From NCBI GenBank assembly GCA_010356995.1, contig ML996687.1, forward strand, positions 1,055,803 through 1,119,802: DNA of 64,000 nucleotides. The letters run 5' to 3'. Of this stretch, positions 51,837-64,000 are shown in pieces (within the stretch, counting starts at the first letter, position 1; every line of letters starts with the position of its first letter). The position numbers were made by a program, and so were the translations under genes. Under the pieces are notes generated by a model that did no database searches, was not told the DNA's origin, and saw only the letters and a list, made by a program, of their open reading frames with translations. This DNA is from Trichodelitschia bisporula (Eukaryota).

Positions 51837-53000
51837 CTTTGGTGGGGTGGTGTCTGGAGGATTGGTTAAAATGGGTTTTTAGGCGGTTGAGGGTGGGCCG
51901 CGGGGCGGGCTGATGTCACGCTTTGTGGCATCATGCGATGATCTGCAGTGCGGCCATCGGGGACAAAGGGACAAGGAATGAGCTGTATTTTGGCAGCTAT
52001 TGTACATTTTAGGAAAGAAGTTTTGCTGAGGTTAGAGTGACTGCTGAGAAGATGCGAGCTGTTGAGACATACGAACCTTACCGGATAATAAGTTTCTGGG
52101 CAAACTGCGGATGTATTGCTTAAACTTGTTGTCGAGGAGCAGGGAATGAATGATGTGTGGTTTGCGGAGTGATGCTTGACTTTTCCGAGATGATAGTCTT
52201 GCAGCATCACGTGGTTTCAAAGTTAGTCGAATGAAATGGCAGGTAACCTGCCGGGAATCCCTGATGATAGCTGCGAACAGAAAATTTGCGATGATATGGT
52301 TTCCTGCACTAGAGTTAGAACTAGTTCTACCATTCAGTCTCCGCAACACCCATTCTGCAGTGCTGAACAATTCAACAGGAAGCGTGGGGCAGCGTTGCGC
52401 CACAATCTCGAATTCCACGACCAATCGCTGCTCTTCGGCAAGATCCTTATCGAACATGTGTTCGGCAAGCCGACCTTTTGTCGGCCCGAAACAAGAATTT
52501 GAACGCGACAACCACGATGACTTTCCGGAGTGAGCAAACTCATCTGACCCTTCAGGAGCAAGTAGAGGTACACTGATCCAAATTCCAGCTGAAACAGGCT
52601 AACAACTTCTGGTACCATACCACCTGCGGGTGGAGGTCGAAAGCATTTCGTGTAGCTTGTGAGTGGCAATGTCAAACGCCGTGCCACGACCGATATCTGT
52701 GAGTTAGCGTGTATCATTCCGTGGGACCTTGTTGAGGGCTGCAAATTTATGTGGTTGAAAAATGAGGATCTCATTCTGTTCCTTTCTCTGCGACTTTCGA
52801 AGCTTGTGCACATTGCCATAAATTCGGTCGAGCTGCGTCATCGTACCATTCCTCCACAAGTGGGCCTCGATTTGAAGCTTCCAGCAGCTCCTCGCTCAAG
52901 ATGACGGCCACGGGCTTCGAACTCCATATAAGCCCAATCTCTCCCCAAATTTCTCTACACAAAATCCTCACCCTACATAGTATCACCAATCCAATTCATC

Positions 53001-53632
53001 ATGACCACAGCAATCGGTCGGGCCGCCCTCCGCTCCACCCGCCGTCTGCGGGCCGCCCATATCATGGCCGACGACGCGCCCATGTACCAAAAGTTCACAC
53101 ATGCAGACAACTCAGCGGGCCAGAGAGCGCTGCGGGAGGGTGCAAAGCGCGATTGGGAGCTCGTGGTACGTATGCCGCACTAGACTCAGCAGGACTGACG
53201 CCGCTAGCCTTTGTACATCATCACTGCTGCTACGGTTTCTTTCGGCTTTGGGTACTTTTGTGCGTATACTTCCAGTCATCCCCCACTTCCTATCTATTCA
53301 CCGATTCGCCTCAAATGGCCGGATCTTATACTGAGACTGGGTAGTTTCGCATCCCACGGGCAAAGTCGGCGCTCCTGCGCTTGTACCCAAGGTGGCCAAC
53401 TCCGAACCATGGAAGGATTCGTCTACCAAGGGCGCCTATAAGTATGTGCCGCATAGCGATTTGCGTAATCCGCCGAAGAATGCGCCGTCGGCAATGCATT
53501 CGGTCATTGTGCCGAACGTGACTCTGCCACGGGTGGGTAAACTACTGGATTTGGTGTGAAGATTGCTTATCAGGGTGGTAGAGCTTGCATCAAGAGTTCA
53601 ACAAATATGGTAAGCCGGAGTGGGAGGTTTGA
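53001..53632 (+). CDS. Small conserved mitochondrial membrane protein, NDUFA4/COXFA4 (B12D)-like
   Basis: Arg-rich presequence; GAKRDWELV|PLYIITAATVSFGFGYF (TM); EPWKD..YKY..KNAPSAMHSVIVPNVTLPR|SLHQEFNKYGK; three introns. Family assignment from memory of similar Pezizomycotina proteins. Confidence 0.65.
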
Positions 53633-54092
53633 CGGAGCTCTCCTGACGGAGCTCCAGACGAGCCGGACTCGAGGGCATTCAGGAGATCTAGAGGCCTCCT
53701 GCATCATGAGTAGATGGACAGAAATGGTCACGATAGCATTCACGTTTCTTCACCTTCAGCACAAATGCAATCCAAATGAACCCTTTGCTATAGTAGTAAT
53801 GATGAAGTCATCCAACCATGCCATCATCGTCAGCCTTATCTCCGCAAGGCTAAATTCTAGCGTGCCGTGGCGCACTCCTGTGGCAGTGCAACCCTGCAGC
53901 CACCAGCGCGAAAGCTTGGGTTCTGGAAGCTCGACGCCCCCAACACACCACCAACGTTCAACGCCCAACTCTCTATCTCTCCTTCGCCCTGCGCAGCGAC
54001 ACACACCCTCAGTCGCGTGCCATCCGCCCTGGAAGCTAAAACCTAAAGCCCCAGCAGAGGCCGGCCCGTCCGCGCCCGCGGCAACCGTCGCC

Positions 54093-54452
54093 ATGTCCAC
54101 CGGTCCCTTGCGCGACTACCTCAACAGTGAGCCGCTCCTCTCAAGTCTTCTAGAAGCCTTTACTGACCACCCGCCCACAGGCAAGGTCCTTATAATCACA
54201 GTTGACGGCCGCGCGCTGCAGGGCACATTGCTCATGTTCGATAACCAGACCAACTTGGTGCTGCAAGACACGGTGGAGCGCATTGTGCGGCCGGTTGACG
54301 ATCCGGAGCCTAGCTCGGAGACTGAACACGGGCTGTATGTTATACGTGGGGATACGGTGGTGGTGTGTGGGTTGGTGGATGAGGAGATCGACTCGGCGAT
54401 TGATTGGGGCAAGGTGCGAGGGGAGGTTATTGGGACGACGAAGCACACGTAG
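54093..54452 (+). CDS. LSM8: U6 snRNA-associated Sm-like protein Lsm8
   Basis: LRDYLN|SKVLIITVDGRALQGTL..DNQTNLVL; HGLYVIRGDTVVVCGLVDEEIDSAIDW. Intron 54127-54180. Confidence 0.92.
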   Translation: MSTGPLRDYLNSEPLLSSLLEAFTDHPPTGKVLIITVDGRALQGTLLMFDNQTNLVLQDTVERIVRPVDDPEPSSETEHGLYVIRGDTVVVCGLVDEEIDSAIDWGKVRGEVIGTTKHT

Positions 54453-56211
54453 CGGCGCCCTGGGAAGGGTGGGTCGAGCGGGAGTTGGAGGATGATCTAA
54501 AAGGCGGCGATGCTGCTGGCTCTCGCCGTTCGACTTGCGCAGTCTCGGAGTTGGGAGCTTGAAGGTATGATCCAAGTGAGTTGAAACGAACATTTGACCC
54601 ATTTCGCATCTGCAGTGAACTGGACGTCGTCATTGACCCAAAATTTTGCCTTTCTCTTCAACCGCCTTCAATATCTCGCGTAAGTGGCTGATTTTGTTGG
54701 ACCACGCGAGGCAGTGCCGTCACACGTCAAGTCCATGCGAGGGGTACAGAAGACACAGGAGGACGAGCCGAAACCGCACGTTTTCTCCGGACCTGCAGTG
54801 TTCGCTCTATTGAACCGGTCCGACTACCGGATTCGGAATCTCTCCCCTCACGGAACATTTTCTCCCGTGCCAACTGGAGCAGCTAACATGCTTTTCCAAA
54901 CATACTCTCCAATTGGCTTGCAAGGAGATGAACATTTCCGCGACCGGGATCTAGCCACTCTGCCCCCCCCCCCCCGAGTTTCATGCAACCCCGGATCCGT
55001 GGCCGAGAAATGACATCTATCCCGGCCCCGCATCCTGGCCCGCCAACCTCACGTCTACCCCTCTACCCGCCGATATGCCCGCGCTCCACGGAACCATCCC
55101 AGCACGGCGTGGCCGGTTGGCCGGCCGCGGGCTGGACGGACGTTGGGCCTTGCTTCAGCGCGCTAGGGGCTGTCATTCTGCAAGGCGTTCCTGGATCGTG
55201 GATGGATGCGAGGCTCGGATCGGCGCTGCTGCCTCAACGGTCGCCACTGGCTGTGGAGAAGGACATGGGCGCGCGGTTCGAGTTGCGCATTCCATCCGCT
55301 TTCTGTAGCACGGCCGCGAGCTTAATCGCCACTGGGACCGTGGTGCATGCCGGCGCCATCGTGAACCGTTTGTTCGCAAATGGGACTGTGCATCCAAGCC
55401 ACGAGTCGCATTCGGCGCTGCGCTATCTATTCTAATCTTCTTCTAGAACTATAGTGCCGATATTAATCAAAGGACGGTACCTGATCTCGTTCGCTCCCTT
55501 CTCCCTTGACGTCATGTCCTACCGTACTGCCATCGCAAACAGTACTCTATGGCATTTGCCGTAGCGACTCAGCAATTCGCCGTCGTCAAGCCGATCAAAG
55601 AACGCTTCTATGTCTGCCCCTGTCCCCAATTTCCTATCCCTACCCTCCCGACGTCACTGCTTCCCATGCGCGCGAAGCGGCTCAACGGTAGCGCTACGTA
55701 TGCGCGACCCTTTGCTTGACTACTGCAAACACTGCGATCGTCCTCGCCACGTCCGCACCTGGTTCCCCCGTTCGGCGCACCGTTTTCGATCACCCTCAAA
55801 GCCACTCGAGCCACAGTGCCGATAGGCTCACATCACGGAGGCTACGCCCGCTATCACGCAGGGGAGAGTATTGATCGGCGGGACGGCTCTGGCGGGTGTG
55901 GGGTGGTGGCAGGTCGGCTGTGCTGTCAAAGGGGTCGTTTCCGGGGAGGGGGGGGGCGATGATGATGTGGATGGCACTGACTCTGGGTATGGGATTTCAG
56001 GAATCCGGTTTGTGGTGCTGGGCGCGGGTACGTTCCTGGTGACGATGGTGGTTCGGCGCGAGGGGTATATAGAGGGGTGGCCCGGTGGGCAATTGAGACC
56101 CATCATCAACTCGACACTCAGACTCAAACTCTATTCCAATCCTCAGCTTTTACCAACCAGCCCTCACTTTCCAAACTCCCACGAACACCCTTCGTTCAAC
56201 CAACCATCAAA

Positions 56212-56582
56212 ATGCTCTTCACCATCGCCCTCTTCGCCCTGCCCCTCGCCCTCGCGGCCCCCGCCGCCGACCCCTCCGTCGAAGTCCCCGCCGCGCTGCT
56301 GTACCCGCGCCAGGCTGCGGTGCTGTGCTCCGGCACGACCGGGAACCCGCAGTGCTGCGCGACGGACGTGCTGGGTCTTGCGGATCTGAACTGCGCGAAC
56401 CGTGAGTTTGATATCTAAATGTAGATTGTGGGAATTGTTGCTGATGGATCTCCTTTCTAGCCCCGACGACGCCGATGAATACCACGAACTTCGTGAACAT
56501 TTGCTCGGCAATTGGACAGCAGGCCGAGTGCTGCGCGATACCGATTCTTGGGCAGGCGCTCATTTGCCAGAAGCCGATTTAG
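56212..56582 (+). CDS. Class II hydrophobin (cerato-ulmin/HFBII-like)
   Basis: Signal peptide; eight Cys spaced C-X8-CC-X11-C-X16-C-X8-CC-X10-C after splicing intron 56402-56460; TATATA at ~56066. Confidence 0.93.
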
Positions 56583-58067
56583 GCTGGCGGGGTTGTGGAT
56601 CTTTTTTGATTCGAAATCTAGGCAATGGTTTATGGATGGAGTAGGATTGGTTGGGTGTGTTCTGTTCGATCTTGTACTCTATAATCGTAGTGGTGCTTGT
56701 ATCAATAGTTGAGACGCTTTGGCGTCGATGATATCATGTCGGTTTCGTGTGCAGTGCCTGTGGAACCAAGGAGTCTATAGTGCTTCGGTTGTGCAAGGCC
56801 GTGTTGAATGTGTTACCAATATCAACTCCGATGTCGAATCTGCATTATATTGCGATTCAAGGAGCTATGTGTTCCGAGTCTGCACATTGAACAAATCGGC
56901 CCGAAATATTTTCTATCCGACTGACCTCCGGGATGAGCCGATATCCGACAGGCGGGTTGTCCCGAAGCTAACAGCCGATCATAAGCTTTGACAGAACGAG
57001 GAGTCGGTTGATCTGCAAACTGTCAGGTTTCAAGTCTTGCGAAGCCAACGACTTAATCGACCTCCACCCTCATAACTGCATACACCCCAAACATCCAGCT
57101 CTATCATCACAGATTTCCTTGCATTTCCAGCGCTGAAGGATACAATATCATAGCATCCACCTCGAAGCACGCGAGAATTGCCACAAGGAAAGCCATTGGA
57201 AGTTCTGAATGAGGCTTCCCGCCGAGTCAAGCCATCAGGGACACAGATGCGCCACACCGGGAGCGCTAAGCTGGAACCAGCTAGCGTGGGGGCGGAAGTG
57301 GCTGGATTCCGGATCGTCCTTCATCTCCCGCCTCGAACATCACCCGTCAACATTCAGCCCCTATTTATACTTCGACCGTTATCCCCCACCAACCGTTGCT
57401 TTACAGCTTCGCGAGGCTGTGGCACTTCAGCTACTCACGGCGGCATCCCTCAGCGCCAATTCGGTGCATCTGCTCCTCCGCCGCCGGGCAACACATGTCT
57501 CGTAACTCCTCCGCCCGCACACAAGCTTCCGAGTGCTGATAGCGCGCCCCCTTTCGGCACAAGCAACGGCTGCGCTAAGCACAGTAAGCAGCCATTTCCC
57601 GGGGCATTTTGGGCAATTGAGCAGCAAGTGCAGGCATGGCTTGAGCCACGGAATGCTCCTAGCGCGTACTTCGTGGCTGCGGCTGGCGTCTGAGCTAATC
57701 TTAGGATGCACAGGAGGCGTGTCCGGCCTAGCTTTAACGTTGTGACTAAGGGACTCCGAATCGTGAGGCTCAGCCGGAGAGGGTGAGCCGTGAGCGTGAT
57801 GTGCGAGTTTTGAACTTCTCCCCTCCATCCAGTCGCTCGCTTGTCATCTTCGTTTGTGGTTTCTGCGGTCGTTACTATCATCGTTCTTTCTTCGGCCTCA
57901 CGCTAGTCTGTCTTCTGCTGGGGCGGAGGTATCGAACTTCTGAGACGCGTTCTTTTGGTGCTCTGTAGTCTTCTGTTGTGCTGTGCACATGTAGCACTCG
58001 TTATCTATCATATCCATCTATCGTCAACTCTCACACTCCTTTGATTTAAGCAATACCAAATATCGAC

Positions 58068-60192
58068 ATGAAGGCCATCTCAGTATGGCTCCCGCTCTTC
58101 ATGGGGCTCGGAACTTGGGCCCTCGACCCCGTCACCAACATGTGTGCCCGTTGGGACCATCAATGTGTGTAGCAGCCTTCCGCGCGAGTGGCATATCTAA
58201 CCGGCACAGCTGTCGTCAAGGACGGAACGCTGTACATCGACGGTGAGCACCTGCAGCCAGTAATACCAGCCCATCTAACCTCGTAGGTGGCATTGAAACC
58301 TTCGGCAGCAAAAAGCCATACACCCTCGGCAGCAGTACGCTCCCCTTCTCCCCGTCAAAGCCAAACTGACCCCCGCAGACCAATGGATCATCCAAGTCGA
58401 CATGTCCTCCTCCTGGGACTGGAAGACCAACATCAGCGAAACAACGCGCGACAAAGTCGAAAACGACGAAACCGGCTCCCTCCCCCCGAACAGCATGCTC
58501 CGCGGCGCCATGTACAGCGGACCCGCCCACAGCGACGTGGTATACACCTTCGGCGGCTCCAAATTCGCCCTCAACACCTCCTTCACAGACACCTACCCGG
58601 AGGCATCGTCCTACACCCTGTGGTCCCTCAACATAACCTCCGGCGCCTGGCGCCAATTCGACGTCAAGGAAGCGAGTCCGCTGCGCCCGAGCCGCGGCGC
58701 GTATGCCGAGGCCAAGGACCAGGCACTAGGCTTCTACTTCAACGGGCAGTTGGATAAGGGGAGCTCGACGGACACGGTGGGCATGGGCAAGACGACGATT
58801 GGCCTTACTGGCATGGTGGTGTTTAATTTCACCGACCCGGCCCAGCCGAAGGCGAGTAACGTCTCCACCGCGAGCATCGACGACAAGACGGCTGCCGTCG
58901 GCGGCAGCCTCACGTACGTCCCCGGTGTGGGTGACAAGGGCATCCTCGTCGCAGCAGGCGGAGCCGCGATCCCAATCGACTCGCCGGCCGAGCAGAACGG
59001 CACGATGGTGCGTCCCCCCTCCCCCCCGCCCCACCCAACCCCCTAACACCGCAACCAGATCTCCTTCGACACCGTCTCAATCCTCGACCTCTCCACGCTC
59101 TACGTGCCCAACTCAAACCCCACATGGCTCCGCCAAAAAACCGGCGGCCAGCTCCCGGAGCCCCGAGCCGACTTCTGCACCGTCGCCGTCGCAGCCCCAG
59201 ACAACTCGTCCTACAACATCTACCTGTACGGCGGGCGCGACCCGACGATCCCCAAGCTCTACGATGACATGTACGTCCTGTCCCTGCCCTCCTTCACCTG
59301 GGTCAAGATCTACAGCGGGGAATCGCCACGCTTCGCGCACACCTGCCACCTCGTGTCGAACCGCATTCTGCTCACCGTTGGCGGCACCGCGAATGCCAAC
59401 GCCACGGCCTTCCAGTGCGACTGGGAGAACAAGGGCGTCGGGATCATGGATCTGAGCACCAAGACCTGGGGGAGCGTGTTCAATGCCAACGCCGCGCCGT
59501 ACACCGTCGGCACCGATATCGTGGCTAAGGTGGGTGGGTCGGGCGCCGGAGCGGCAACGGTCAAGGCCCCGATTAACGGCGGGTGGGGCAGCGATGCGCT
59601 GAAAGCGGTGTTCTTCCCACCGCCCAAGAAAGCTGCGACGGCTCCCTCTGGCGCGAAGAACGGGACTAGCTCTGACAGTGGCGCGGCCGGCAAGACTGAA
59701 GAGAAGAAAAGCAGCGTTGGTGCTATTGCTGGTGGTGTCATCGGCGGGCTGTGCGTGGTTGCCGCTTTCTTGATCTTGATCCTCTTCCTGCTGCACCGGC
59801 GCAAGAAGGCGGCCAAAGCGGCGCATCGGGCCCACGAGTCGGGCGAGGAAAGCGACGCGCCGCTCGCGGGGTACATGGGCGGGCGCGCGGAGGCGGATGC
59901 CGCGAGCACGCGGTACGAGTTGGGTGGTGGAGCGGAGAAGGCGGCTGAGCTGCCGCATACGCCGACGCGCCAGCTTGTGGAGTTGCCGGCGCAGGTGGGG
60001 TATGGGTATGGGCATCATTCGAACGAGAAGGTGGAGTTGCCGGCGGAGTTGGCGCGGAGTGTTACGGTGCGGGAGGCGGTGGTTGAGCGTGGGGTGCAGG
60101 CGAGGAGTAAGGAGGGGAGTGTGGTTAGTATGTCTGTTGATGGGGAGAGGAGGGGGAGTGAGGGGAGTTACGGGCAGGAGAGGCGAGGATAG
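58068..60192 (+). CDS. Kelch-repeat (galactose-oxidase-like beta-propeller) single-pass membrane protein
   Basis: Signal peptide; CARWDHQ|SVVKDGTLYID|GG; DMSSSWDWK; YNIYLYGG; YVLSLPSFTW; PRFAHTC; TM GAIAGGVIGG..RRKK; four introns. Confidence 0.88.
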
Positions 60193-60319
60193 GGGGGTGT
60201 GGGGGAAGGATTGTAGGTAGTCTGCTGGGTGGTGGGTTGGTTGATTTGGGCCTTGGAGAAGGGTTTAATGGATTACTTTGGATCTGGACTTTGGTGAAGT
60301 GGTTGTTCTTGTTTATATT

Positions 60320-61248
60320 GTTTGGGTACATATACGAGGTGAGGTCGCCCACCGAGATGGAGCCAACGTCGATCACATTCCCGACGAACTTGTTCGAGAT
60401 CATCTTGGGGTTGAGAGCAACGACAGCCCACGCTTCCGTAAAGCCCTCCTTCTCGTTGCTGAAGCTGATGGGGGGGAGTAGAGAACGTGGCCTATGACGC
60501 GGTTGGTCTCCTCCGCCCAGTTTCTCTTGACATCGGTCAGCAACTTGTTAGAAGGAGCGATTGCGCATCCCGCCTCAGTGATCTTGGGGCCTACCGCAGC
60601 CCGCTCCGCCTCTGGATTCTCTAACCTCCCAGCTGCCTCAAGACGGGCCTCGAGGTGTGCTTTGACAACGTTCTAGGGTTCGATTGTGGAATCCATGATG
60701 CCGACGCTGAGTCCAAAAGACTCAGTTCCTTAAAACATCACCTTTTTAAGAGGCTGCCCACTCCCCTGCTGGAAGTTGTACAGCTTGTTGTCCTCGTTGG
60801 GGTTGCATAGGACGTGCCGAGCGGTCAGGAGAAGGGGAACTCCAGGCATGCGAGCATCCGTGAAGATAAGCGTCCCGGTTCCCACATTCCACTGTGTTTT
60901 AAAGGGAAAGATGGGGATACCGAGAGAGATAGAAAAGGGTGCGCGGAGGACAGCGTCAGCGTCAGCGCTGGGAGCAGGTTTGTATAGCGACGTAGCGCTA
61001 GTTACCACTGATTCCCGAATCTCTACGTGCACATCTTCGATGTCGTTCTCGAGAAGGAGAGAACGGCGCCGAGCTGCGAGCACAATACCCAGCTCATGGG
61101 AGAGAGAACCAGATTCGACATCGACGAGAATGACGGCGGGAGGTGAGGGTTGACTAGCGAAGCCAATGCGAAGAGGGTGGATGCTGTTACACTGAACTTG
61201 ATTCGATTCGAAGACGAGCTGCAATATAGATTTTAGTTGTATAGACAA
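60320..61248 (-). pseudogene. Disrupted, truncated gene of a fungal trypsin-like protease-fold family
   Basis: LLTARHVL, RVIGHVLYSPP, FTEAWAVV, FVGNVIDVG; in-frame TAA (60730-60732) and TAG (60673-60675); frameshift in the G7 run at 60470-60476; no C-terminal half. Confidence 0.7.
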
Positions 61249-62169
61249 AAACTGTCACGGAGCCATACCTTGTGGGAGTCGCGCTTAAAGATTGGCTCGT
61301 TGGAGAGAGAAGAGGTATGGCACCTGGCAAGGGGGCAGAGGAGAAATGGAAAAGCGATGAATGAGAAGCGAGTGCAGTCCTCGCTCTCTCTATACTGTAC
61401 CGGTGTTTACACCGGTGAAACGTATCTTGACGAAGCGATGAGAAGATTGATGAATCGATATTGAGAGATGAAGCGGAGAGGCTTTGAATTGATGATATTG
61501 TGGTAGCTAATAAAAAGCATAGGCTTGACAGGGTCATATGGTTATGGTGTAAAGTGAGAGATTGTTTGAAAGATGATTGCAAAGATGAAAGAGAGGATGA
61601 GGACCTAAGTGCCCCATGCCCTCCGGGCTCTGGAGCAAGAGCCCTGGGTAGCGATCCGGTGTCTGGCAGGAGCTACCTACCCTCAGCCCTGGGAGGAATG
61701 CGGAGGGGTCGAGACAAGACCCGTGACAGTCACAGTTGTATAGATAATAGTCATGACGACAAAATCTGTGCGAGTCGAGAATAACTGTGTACGGAAAGAG
61801 TCTCTTTGATCTATACGTTGAGGTACTCGGTGGCTGAGCATTGGCGACGTGAGTATACGCCTGGGAACCGTCGGCTTCTGATAGGGTGACAATACGAGAC
61901 AGTAGCGGAGGAGAAAGAAGCTCACAGGAAATCCAATTCGATAGACACCAATGGCTGAAATCAAGCCTTTTGTGCCTGGCTGATGCCCAGGCTGCCCATC
62001 TTTTGATATCCGACGCTAAGGGAGACCATCCAACGGACACCGTATATCCTGCTCAACTGCATACACGCCATCTGACGTCCGTAAGACATCAATAAACCAA
62101 AAGCAAAAATCACAGAACGAGGAGAGCAGGTATCGTAGCGACATGACCGGTCCAATAGCATTACATATT

Positions 62170-62906
62170 CTACACCACCCGTTTCACCTGGCTCCGTTAG
62201 CAAATGCCCCGCATTCAGCTACGAGCACTTACTTCGAAGAACCTCTTCAGCCACCAGACCTGGAAGACGCCTTCGCCGATGAGGACCACGATCTGGAACA
62301 AACTCCACCACTTGACCCGCGCATTGGTGCTCTCTGCTGTGTTACGGTGCGTCCGCTCCCGCACAACAATGTAGCCCTGTTCGTCCTTGACCTGTTGAAT
62401 GAGCTCCGAGAGGTGGCGCACTGTATCCGTTAGCTGTGCTCGGTCCTCCGCCTGCGGCGGTCTTGCCTTCTTTCTCCAGCGGGTCCTGCGGCGCCTCCGA
62501 CTCCGGTACGTAGACAATGCCGTGCACGTTGAACGACACCTCTTTTGTGTTCGCACTCCAATGCTCGTTGCTGAAGCAGTAGGTGTAGCGGCCGTCCATG
62601 GCAGCGGTGAAGGAGTGATCGCCAAAGGAAACCGTGCGCTCGATCATCTGGTAGCCGCCAACGGGATTCGTAATCTATACAATTAGCACAATGCGCGCAA
62701 AGAAGCGAGCCGCGTACCCAGAAATCAATGTCCAGATTCCCACTCCCACCAAACTCACGGTCGCCAACCTGGAAGGTGACCGTCATCTTGTCGTCGGAGT
62801 GCAGCTGCTCATGGAAGCACTCGCGCGAATGCGCCTTGAGCTGGATATTGTGAGCGGAGGCGAGGGAGGCCAGCGCTAACAGCGCGGTGAGGGCGCGGAT
62901 AAACAT
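62170..62906 (-). CDS. EMP24: p24/GOLD cargo receptor, Emp24 (beta subfamily)
   Basis: Signal peptide; HSRECFHEQL; YTYCFSNE; KEVSFNVHG; RERTHRNTAESTNARVKWWS; LKRFFE|VKRVV*. Three introns, one GC-AG (62421-62466). Confidence 0.95.
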
Positions 62907-63286
62907 GGTGAACGGGGCGCGTGGGTTGGCGTGATTGTGTTGCGTTGCGCGTGCTCCTGAGATGCGGTCGAGCTTCGGGAAATGTGTCTACACCCCTGTC
63001 TGCCAGCGTGGTAGCGGGTAAAAGTTGCGCCCCTTCCGAGAATTCAAGCCCCTTGCGCCAATCCAGATCGGGAAATCATTGACAACGTCGTCCCATCTCT
63101 GGCCGGAGCCGTTGGGTGTTCGGAAGGCGCGACAGCGTTTATATACCCGAACTGCTGCTCAAAAGGATGACTCGATGTGTATGTAGCATGTTTCAAGGTC
63201 ATCTTAGATGTCTATCTTGGGTTTGAGGCTAACAGGACATGTTTGAACAGATATCGGACTTTTGCGGAGACAAATGCGGACAACTC

Positions 63287-63330
63287 ATATCAGCAAATAT
63301 CAACAAATATCAACAAATATCAACAAATAT
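63287..63330. repeat. 10-bp tandem repeat (ATATCAACAA) x ~4
   Basis: atatcagcaa atatcaacaa atatcaacaa atatcaacaa atat. Confidence 0.85.
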
Positions 63331-64000
63331 ATATTCAGTCCATAGGAATCCATGCTGAAGGGCAGTTTATAAGGCTATCGTTCCAGTATTCCTATGAAGC
63401 ACCATCTGGTCACGCAGTTTCATGCCAATCTCAAGTTTTGCTCCACTATGTCCGGCTCAAGAATGGCCATCCACCTTAGCACCATGGCATCAGTACCGCG
63501 TTGCCTGCGTCCTTTATGCTTTTTTGGGGCCATATCTCCTCTTTGGTATTGGGGATCCTCGCTTCACTTCTGGGTGGCTTCCTGGCGGCACCGGGAGCCC
63601 CCTTTGAAGGTCTTTGGGAACGCCATCAGCCCCCCTATACGCTGCGGTACCATGGTATCAAGCCTTGAACTGATAGAGGGGGTGCATATGACGGCTATTT
63701 GCCCTCACCCGCAGACTGGAGCACCAGCCGCGACCTCAACTGCCCACCAGCCGCCCCACAGCCGTCACACTTCAGCCGCGCTCCCGGGTGTTTGCCTGTC
63801 ATGCGGCTTTGATGCTTTCCGAGAGCTTCACCTGGGCTTCCGGAAGGGCCCTGTAGGCACAGCAGAGGCGGTCAGTGCACCTTCTCGCATGACCTTCTGA
63901 GAATCATTTCTCCCTCTTCATCCCCATCTCTTTACATCCAGCTTCCCCAGAACGAACCACCACTGACAGTTATCCTGTTTCCAACTGCAACTGAAAGCAG

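Noticed and set aside
52032..52989. Overlapping 70-160 aa ORFs between the Met22-like and NDUFA4-like genes
   Set aside because: No recognisable motif or coherent exon chain; treated as intergenic, though a highly decayed gene cannot be excluded.
63287..63330. Tandem 10-mer as a CRISPR or telomere-like array
   Set aside because: No spacers and not TTAGGG; a simple minisatellite.
63394..63900. 168-aa ORF at the window end
   Set aside because: No motif or codon bias; likely the upstream region of a gene beyond the window.

Overview
Gene-dense, intron-containing DNA of a filamentous ascomycete (Pezizomycotina, probably a Dothideomycete; inferred from protein motifs and 45-80 nt introns with CTRAY branch sites). 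I find about 29 protein-coding genes and one pseudogene, and no tRNA, rRNA, transposon or CRISPR. The first ~42 kb is an unusually dense run of essential gene-expression genes: six spliceosome genes (CLF1, PRP31, PRP2/DHX16, PRP46, SPP382, CWC25, with LSM8 at 54 kb), three Pol II general transcription factor subunits (SSL2/XPB, TFG1, TAF1), three aminoacyl-tRNA synthetases (FRS2, VAS1, GUS1), SEC18, MRPL1 and CYP51. Many sit in divergent pairs whose short promoters share a GCCAAG hexamer. Finer signals: a probable CUG-initiated mitochondrial presequence on VAS1, two GC-AG introns with the same AAG|GCAAGA donor, Gcn4/CpcA sites at the aaRS, SER1 and NimA-like promoters, a C-rich to G-rich skew along genes, and a truncated protease-like pseudogene next to a kelch gene. 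Gene calls come from motif recognition; no database search was run.
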